From an uncultured Acidobacteriota bacterium (GTDB lineage Bacteria; Acidobacteriota; Thermoanaerobaculia; UBA5066; DATFVB01), in contig CAWEYG010000008.1 in NCBI GenBank assembly GCA_963813155.1, positions 1 to 21,834 of the forward strand: a DNA stretch of 21,834 nucleotides, in the 5' to 3' direction. Each line of letters begins with the position of its first letter. Within the stretch, counting starts at the first letter, position 1. The position numbers and the translations under genes are program-made. Under the pieces are notes generated by a model. It made no database searches. It was given only the letters and a program-made list of their open reading frames with translations, and was not told the DNA's origin. Shown piece by piece: positions 16,958 to 21,834 of this stretch.

Positions 16958-18258
16958 CAACAGCTTCGGCGCAAGTAACCGAGACCGGGGGAAGGCGCGC
17001 GACGACACGGCACATTCCGCCGAAACTTGCGCTTGCTGTGGGAATGCCAGCAGATCGCCCTCGGGAGGGTTGGCAATGGGCGCCGTTGGTTTCGTTGGCG
17101 AGGCTTGAATCGGGTCACACCCCGAGCAGACGGCATCCCGAGTATTGGGGAGGAAGCATCCCGTGGATCGGCATCGCTGACGCGAAGGCGAACCATGGGA
17201 AGCGCATCGACGATACGCTGGAGACGACCAACGAACTCGGCATCAAGAACTCGTCAGCGCGTGTCCTACCGAAAGACACCGTTTGCCTCTCGCGGACCGC
17301 TTCGGTTGGGTACGTCGTCGTAATGGGGCGACCAATGGCAACTAGCCAGGATTTTGTGAATTGGGTTCCTTCGGGGGAGCTCGATCCGAGGTTCTTGAAG
17401 TACCTCTTTATTGCGGAGGGTGACGATTTACTTCGCTTTGCGAGCGGCGCAATTCACCAAACGATCTATTTTCCCGAAGCGAAAGCATTTCATATTTGCC
17501 TACCCTCGCTCGCCGAACAGCGGCGGATCGTCGGCCTCCTCGACGAAGCTTTCGCCGGCGTCGCCGCCGCGAAGGCTAACGCCGAAAAGAACCTCCACAA
17601 TGCCAGCGCCCTCTTCGAGAGCCGTCTGCAAAGCGCCTTTACGCAGCGCGGCAAGGGGTGGGTCGAGAAGACGTTGGGAGAGCTTGCAACGTTCCGAAAC
17701 GGAGTCAATTACACGAAGGACAGCAGGGGCGACCGTATCAAGATCGTCGGTGTGGGGAATTTTCAGAAGCACTTTTCCGCTCCGCTGGACGACCTCGCCA
17801 CGGTCACAATTGACGGCAAGCTAAGCGAGCGTGACTCGTTGAAGCGGGGCGACATTCTCGCGGTCCGCTCAAACGGTAACGTTGACCTGATTGGTCGATG
17901 CGTTCTCGTGGGAGAAGTGACAGAGAGGATTTCCCATTCAGGGTTTACGATCCGCATTAGGCTGTCTAACGCCAGCGTCCTTCCGAAGTACGTCTGCTAT
18001 TTCATGAAATCTGCTGGTTCGAGAAAACTGCTCACCGAAGGCGGCGTAGGAACAAACATCAAGAGCCTAAACCAGGGGATGCTTTCGGCCTTGTCGATTC
18101 CGTTCCCACCTATTGCGGCGCAGAGCGTGTTGATAGAGCAACTAGAAAGCCTCTCGGAAGAGACTCAGCGCCTCGTTAGGATTTATGAGCGGAAGAGTGC
18201 CGGACTCGAGGCACTGAGGAAATCGCTGCTGCACCAAGCTTTCACCGGAGAGCTGTAA
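16954..18258 (+). CDS. hsdS: Type I R-M specificity subunit
   Basis: Two TRDs, SGHTPS..YWGGSIPW, LPSLAEQRRIV, PFPPIAAQ and C-terminal LRKSLLHQAFTGEL. ATGA overlap with hsdM. Confidence 0.93.
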   Translation: MTTASAQVTETGGRRATTRHIPPKLALAVGMPADRPREGWQWAPLVSLARLESGHTPSRRHPEYWGGSIPWIGIADAKANHGKRIDDTLETTNELGIKNSSARVLPKDTVCLSRTASVGYVVVMGRPMATSQDFVNWVPSGELDPRFLKYLFIAEGDDLLRFASGAIHQTIYFPEAKAFHICLPSLAEQRRIVGLLDEAFAGVAAAKANAEKNLHNASALFESRLQSAFTQRGKGWVEKTLGELATFRNGVNYTKDSRGDRIKIVGVGNFQKHFSAPLDDLATVTIDGKLSERDSLKRGDILAVRSNGNVDLIGRCVLVGEVTERISHSGFTIRIRLSNASVLPKYVCYFMKSAGSRKLLTEGGVGTNIKSLNQGMLSALSIPFPPIAAQSVLIEQLESLSEETQRLVRIYERKSAGLEALRKSLLHQAFTGEL

Positions 18259-18262
18259 TCTT

Positions 18263-18489
18263 GTGAGGAACTACTACCGCGTCATGCTGGGCCCGAAGAG
18301 TGTCCACGCCGAGGAGTGTTTCGCCGGCAACTTCATCGGCACAGACTTCGGCATCAACCAGGACCTCACCAGGAAACTGCCAGAGGAATGGCGGGCGTTC
18401 AACAAGGAGTTCATCCCGATCTTTCTGGCCGCACACCCTGACAAGACCAAGATCGGTGCGGGGCTGGCATGCGCGGCTTTGTGGACGGT
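18263..18489 (+). pseudogene. 5' fragment of an R-M-associated NucS/DUF91-domain endonuclease gene
   Basis: MRNYYRVMLG..NFIGTDFGINQDL..FNKEFIP..AGLACAALWTV matches my recollection of the N-terminus of this family. Similarity and high-GC3 codon usage stop after LWTV. Confidence 0.6.
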
Positions 18490-18560
18490 AAGAGATAGCC
18501 TGATAATGGCACATGGACTGTCGCTCCGCGGGTCCCGAGTTCGCGGTTCGGTAGAGTGTC

Positions 18561-19367
18561 ATGATCAAGCCAGAGTCTGGAAACCTCTTCGGGATGCTCG
18601 CAACGCCCGCGGTCACTGTGACCCTTGACGTGGCTCGGCGTCAAGTCGCCTCCGTCATCGGAGCGGATGTCAAGCCTGAGGGCGTGATCCTTTCCGATCT
18701 CGAGATGTTCGGCCTTCCAGCGTGGGTGGAATTCGATAACCTGAGACTATTTCCAACCAGCTATGAATTCCACGCTACGGGCTCTGTTGTTTACCATGCG
18801 CACTGGCCTCCAAACAAAGGGATTGAGATCGATCGGCGGCTTGGCCTGCTGTCAGAGCGCTCTCGGATAATTCGGGCAAGGCTTTCGCCCGGGACTCTCA
18901 GTGCGACAAGGGGGCAACACCGGAAACCGACTCAAAACCAGGTAATGGGAGAATCGGCGAGCGTCTCCGCTGCTAGGATCCAGACCTCCGGTGCGCTGCG
19001 CATCCCCGAGGGTCTACCTGTAACGTGGCATTGGTGCCACCTTGTGGCGGTGTCACTCTGGCCTGCGAAACGCGCCCAACAGCGCCGAAATATCTTACTT
19101 GGGACAGCGGCCGTCAACGGTCAGATGATCTGCATTGAGCGCGCACTTAGGTGGTACGTTCGTCGATATGAGGCCACGGTCTCACTTGAAGTGACCTGTA
19201 CATTTCTTGCGGAGACTCCGCTCGGCCTGCGCCTACGCTACCAACTTCATGACAGGCGAACGGGTGGGCTCCACCGTGAGTACTTCGATCTCTTCGGACA
19301 CAATCCTGCAGCCGTATCGGAGGGTGAGGAGCTGGCAAGGCGAGTCGAGTGCGCTCTCCGAAAGTGA
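18561..19367 (+). CDS. Putative His-Me finger (DNA/RNA non-specific type) endonuclease
   Basis: WHWCHLVAVSL..Q..NILLGTAAVNGQMICIE resembles the H..N..N..E pattern of beta-beta-alpha nucleases. Confidence 0.55.
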   Translation: MIKPESGNLFGMLATPAVTVTLDVARRQVASVIGADVKPEGVILSDLEMFGLPAWVEFDNLRLFPTSYEFHATGSVVYHAHWPPNKGIEIDRRLGLLSERSRIIRARLSPGTLSATRGQHRKPTQNQVMGESASVSAARIQTSGALRIPEGLPVTWHWCHLVAVSLWPAKRAQQRRNILLGTAAVNGQMICIERALRWYVRRYEATVSLEVTCTFLAETPLGLRLRYQLHDRRTGGLHREYFDLFGHNPAAVSEGEELARRVECALRK

Positions 19368-19405
19368 AGAGTCCTCTGACCCTGATTGGCTACTGGAATC
19401 GGTCC

Positions 19406-19480
19406 CTGGGGACGGTCTTGTTTTCGTGTATTACGGAGCGTGAAGACGTGAACACGTGAAGGCGCGAGTGCGTGAAACTC
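19406..19480. repeat. 39-bp direct repeat copy 1 followed by CGTGAA array
   Basis: CTGGGGACGGTCTTGTTTTCGTGTATTACGGAGCGTGAA (19406-19444) has one mismatch to 21286-21324. CGTGAA units occur at 19439, 19447, 19455 and 19471. Confidence 0.88.
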
Positions 19481-19481
19481 C

Positions 19482-20180
19482 CTACCCCAATCCCGCCGCC
19501 AGGCTGAGGACCATCCACTCCTCCTCTGCCGCGGCTCGAAGGATCTCGAGATTTGGAGCGGAACGAAGAGTCCACACGAGCCAGTTGAGGCGGCCACCCG
19601 TCGATCGGCGAACCGCTCGGGTGAATCGAAACATTCTCTTTTTGAGTGAGAAGCTCGTCGCGAGTCCGGCAAACGGGCCGGAAATGTCGGTAAACGCCGT
19701 CGCCAGCGCCGGACGGATCCCCGGGACAGCGAAGGTTCGCTCCAGCAGGAACGGGTCATCGGCCCATGCGCGAAACGTTTCCGCATCTTCGACGTTCGGA
19801 AGACGGACTTCGGGCGGACCGAACGGTCGCAGCGCGTGCGTCAGCAGCCCTCCGCCCTCGGCTCGCCTCTGAATCACGAAACGTCCCGGCAAGAGCGTCG
19901 CGACGGAGATCGTCAGAACGGGAATGTTTCCCGTAGCCACATATCTCAACCGCGTCTCGCGCCCGCGCCACTCGCCGACGATACCGGTTTCCATGGTCAA
20001 CCAGCGTCTCGGTTTCAGGATCCAGCCGAGGGAGCGCGCGATCTCCTCGAGGTCCCGGCGACTTTTTCGGGACGATCGAAAGCTGCGAATGGTGCTCCAG
20101 ATTTTGAACGCGAGGATCAAGAGGACGACCCAGTAGCGTTCCAGGGCTCGGGCGAGTCCGTGAAGGGTTTCGATTCGCAA
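19482..20180 (-). CDS. Hypothetical membrane-anchored protein
   Basis: 232-aa ORF with a TM segment YWVVLLILAFKIW followed by a basic stretch. The start is uncertain. Confidence 0.6.
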   Translation of the reverse strand: MRIETLHGLARALERYWVVLLILAFKIWSTIRSFRSSRKSRRDLEEIARSLGWILKPRRWLTMETGIVGEWRGRETRLRYVATGNIPVLTISVATLLPGRFVIQRRAEGGGLLTHALRPFGPPEVRLPNVEDAETFRAWADDPFLLERTFAVPGIRPALATAFTDISGPFAGLATSFSLKKRMFRFTRAVRRSTGGRLNWLVWTLRSAPNLEILRAAAEEEWMVLSLAAGLG

Positions 20181-20214
20181 AGTTTCTCACATCAAAGGGT
20201 GACGAGGGCGATTC

Positions 20215-21251
20215 TTTGATTTCACAAACGAAGTGCAACACCTTCTGATGGGGGTGCTGCGATGGGGCGCCAATACGGGCAGCTTGGGATCCAGGAACGG
20301 TGTGAGATTGCCCGGCGTCGCTGCGCCGGGCAATCGATCCGGCAAATCGCGGCAGGTCTGGATCGCGCGCCATCGAGCGTTGCTCGGGAGCTGAAGCGCA
20401 ACAGCACGACGTCGGGCGGGTATCAGCCCGTTTACGCCGGTCAACAGGCCAAGGCACGGCGCTGGACCGGCAGCAAACTGTTGCGTCGGCCCGACCTCCA
20501 GGCTCTGGTCTTGGACCGCCTCAGTCAGGGATGGTCGCCGCAGGAGGTCGCCGGCAGGCTCGCGCGCGAAGAAGGCCGGCCGGTTGTCAGTCATGAAACC
20601 ATTTATCGCTTCATCGCCGCTCAGATCGCTCGCACCAAGGATTACTCCTGGCGGCTCTACCTCCCCCGCGGCAAGAGCAAGCGCGGCCGACGCTCCCCAA
20701 AACACGGCAACTCGACCGTGCACATCCAAAACCGTGTCCCCATTGCTCTGCGACCCCCAGAAGCCAGTGACCGAACCAACCCTGGCCATTGGGAGGCCGA
20801 TCTCATGCTCTTTGCCACCTATGGGCAGGCCGTCTTGGCCCTTCACGAACGTACTTCTCGACTGACGGTTATCCTGCGTCAACAAAGCAAGGCCGCCGCA
20901 CCTCTTGTCTCTACCATCGAAAATCTTCTGCGACCTCTTCCCCCGTCCCTGCGCCGCACCGTGACCTTCGACAACGGAACCGAGTTCGCTTTCCATCACC
21001 GCCTGGGGAAAACCCTCGGAGTCGAAACATTCTTTTGCGATCCACGGTCTCCTTGGCAGAAGGGCGGAGTCGAAAATGCCATCGGCCGGCTTCGTCGCTT
21101 CCTCCCCCGAAAAACCGACCTGGCAGTCCTTCCCACGAGCCAAATCCTCCGCCTTGCCCAACTCTACAATCACACACCTAGGAAATGCCTTGACTTCCAA
21201 ACCCCGGCCGAGGTCTTCTCTCATCTGTTGCACTTCAAATGTGAATCCACC
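20215..21251 (+). mobile_element. IS30 family insertion sequence
   Basis: Imperfect 26-bp terminal IRs (19/26): tttgatttcacaaacGAAGTGCAACA at 20215-20240 and TGTTGCACTTCaaatgtgaatccacc at 21226-21251. The exact tips are uncertain and no TSD is seen. Confidence 0.8.
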
Positions 21252-21272
21252 TCCCCGCGTTCGCGGGAATGA
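20262..21272 (+). CDS. IS30 family transposase
   Basis: HTH SIRQIAAGLDRAPSSVARELKRN, WSPQEV, VSHETIY, and the DDE motifs GHWEAD, TFDNGTEF and SPWQKGGVEN. Confidence 0.96.
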   Translation: MGRQYGQLGIQERCEIARRRCAGQSIRQIAAGLDRAPSSVARELKRNSTTSGGYQPVYAGQQAKARRWTGSKLLRRPDLQALVLDRLSQGWSPQEVAGRLAREEGRPVVSHETIYRFIAAQIARTKDYSWRLYLPRGKSKRGRRSPKHGNSTVHIQNRVPIALRPPEASDRTNPGHWEADLMLFATYGQAVLALHERTSRLTVILRQQSKAAAPLVSTIENLLRPLPPSLRRTVTFDNGTEFAFHHRLGKTLGVETFFCDPRSPWQKGGVENAIGRLRRFLPRKTDLAVLPTSQILRLAQLYNHTPRKCLDFQTPAEVFSHLLHFKCESTSPRSRE

Positions 21273-21273
21273 C
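21252..21273 (-). repeat. REP-like palindrome GTCATTCCCGCGAACGCGGGGA
   Basis: Hairpin CCCGCG-tt-CGCGGG with a GTCAT foot, abutting the IS30 right end. Confidence 0.65.
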
Positions 21274-21285
21274 GGGGAAGGGGAT

Positions 21286-21324
21286 CTGGGGACGGTCTTG
21301 TTTTTGTGTATTACGGAGCGTGAA
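21286..21324. repeat. 39-bp direct repeat copy 2
   Basis: 38/39 identical to 19406-19444. Confidence 0.88.
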
Positions 21325-21378
21325 CACGCGAGCAGATCGCCACGGCCTTTCCGGCCTCGCGATGATGGAGCCGTCGTC

Positions 21379-21465
21379 TAGCTTGAGTTGGTAGAGATCG
21401 TCCGCGGTGATCTTTCGATCGCGAAGGCGGTCAAACAGGTGGTTGCGAAGCGCCGGTGGAAGGCC
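21379..21465 (-). pseudogene. Remnant of a small partner gene downstream of the RHH gene
   Basis: Protein-like GLPPALRNHLFDRLRDRKITADDLYQLKL with no start codon, decaying thereafter. Confidence 0.4.
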
Positions 21466-21471
21466 GGGACT

Positions 21472-21729
21472 CTACCGACCGAACGTCAGCCGGGCGAGCT
21501 CTTCCTTCAGGCGCTTCTGTTCGCCGGTATCCGAGGTCCGGGAGAGTCGGTCCGCCACTTCGAAAAAGTGCTTCTTCTCCTGCTCTCGCGCTTCGAGGCC
21601 CGTCTCGATCAGTTCGACGATGACCCGGTTTGCGCTTACGCGCTGGCGTTTGGCGAGGGCTTGGACACGGCGGGCGACGGGCGCTGGCAGGCTCACGCTC
21701 TGGCGGTTGGAAGGCTTGGATGCGTTCAT
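21472..21729 (-). CDS. Ribbon-helix-helix protein, putative antitoxin
   Basis: RQSVSLPAPVARRVQALAKRQRVSANRVIVELIETGL. TACTAT (21741-21736) lies 6 nt before the ATG, with three TGGTKYA-like repeats at roughly 10-nt spacing upstream. Confidence 0.75.
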   Translation of the reverse strand: MNASKPSNRQSVSLPAPVARRVQALAKRQRVSANRVIVELIETGLEAREQEKKHFFEVADRLSRTSDTGEQKRLKEELARLTFGR

Positions 21730-21834
21730 TGTGGGATAGTACACCATAGTGAACCAAGTTGCACCATCAAGCGAGAAGTCGCGAGCCGGAGGTTGAAAGT
21801 CGAAAGGCGAGAGTCACGAGTCACTTCTTCGGAA

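Noticed and set aside
20187-21233. 348-aa minus-strand ORF
   Set aside because: Antisense shadow of the IS30 transposase.
21795-21824. Degenerate heptamer run GAAAGTC GAAAGGC GAGAGTC ACGAGTC
   Set aside because: Too short and too close to the window edge to interpret.

Overview
High-GC bacterial DNA, probably Acidobacteriota (inferred from the tmRNA tag ANSNLALAA and gene order). Bases 1-6700 are a housekeeping minus-strand operon: amidase, GerMN protein, murI, rph, two methyltransferases and a DUF1015 protein. A complete tmRNA (7244-7602) follows, then an accessory region. It contains a three-gene envelope operon with a GT87 glycosyltransferase split at a G7 run, and four toxin-antitoxin pairs (RHH/MazF, AbrB-like/RelE-like, HigBA-like, HicAB). 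It also has a CxxC-CxxC microprotein, a secreted FN3-like protein and a type I R-M hsdM-hsdS pair without hsdR. Further right are a truncated NucS-type gene followed by a putative His-Me finger nuclease, an IS30 element and an orphan RHH gene. The most unusual feature is a family of diverged, highly structured intergenic repeats (100-390 bp) with compensatory base changes. They begin 0-8 nt after stop codons and separate self-contained, apparently leaderless TA or microprotein units. The result looks like a cassette array, but it has no attC consensus and there is no integrase in the window. All family assignments come from motif recognition by eye, not from database searches.
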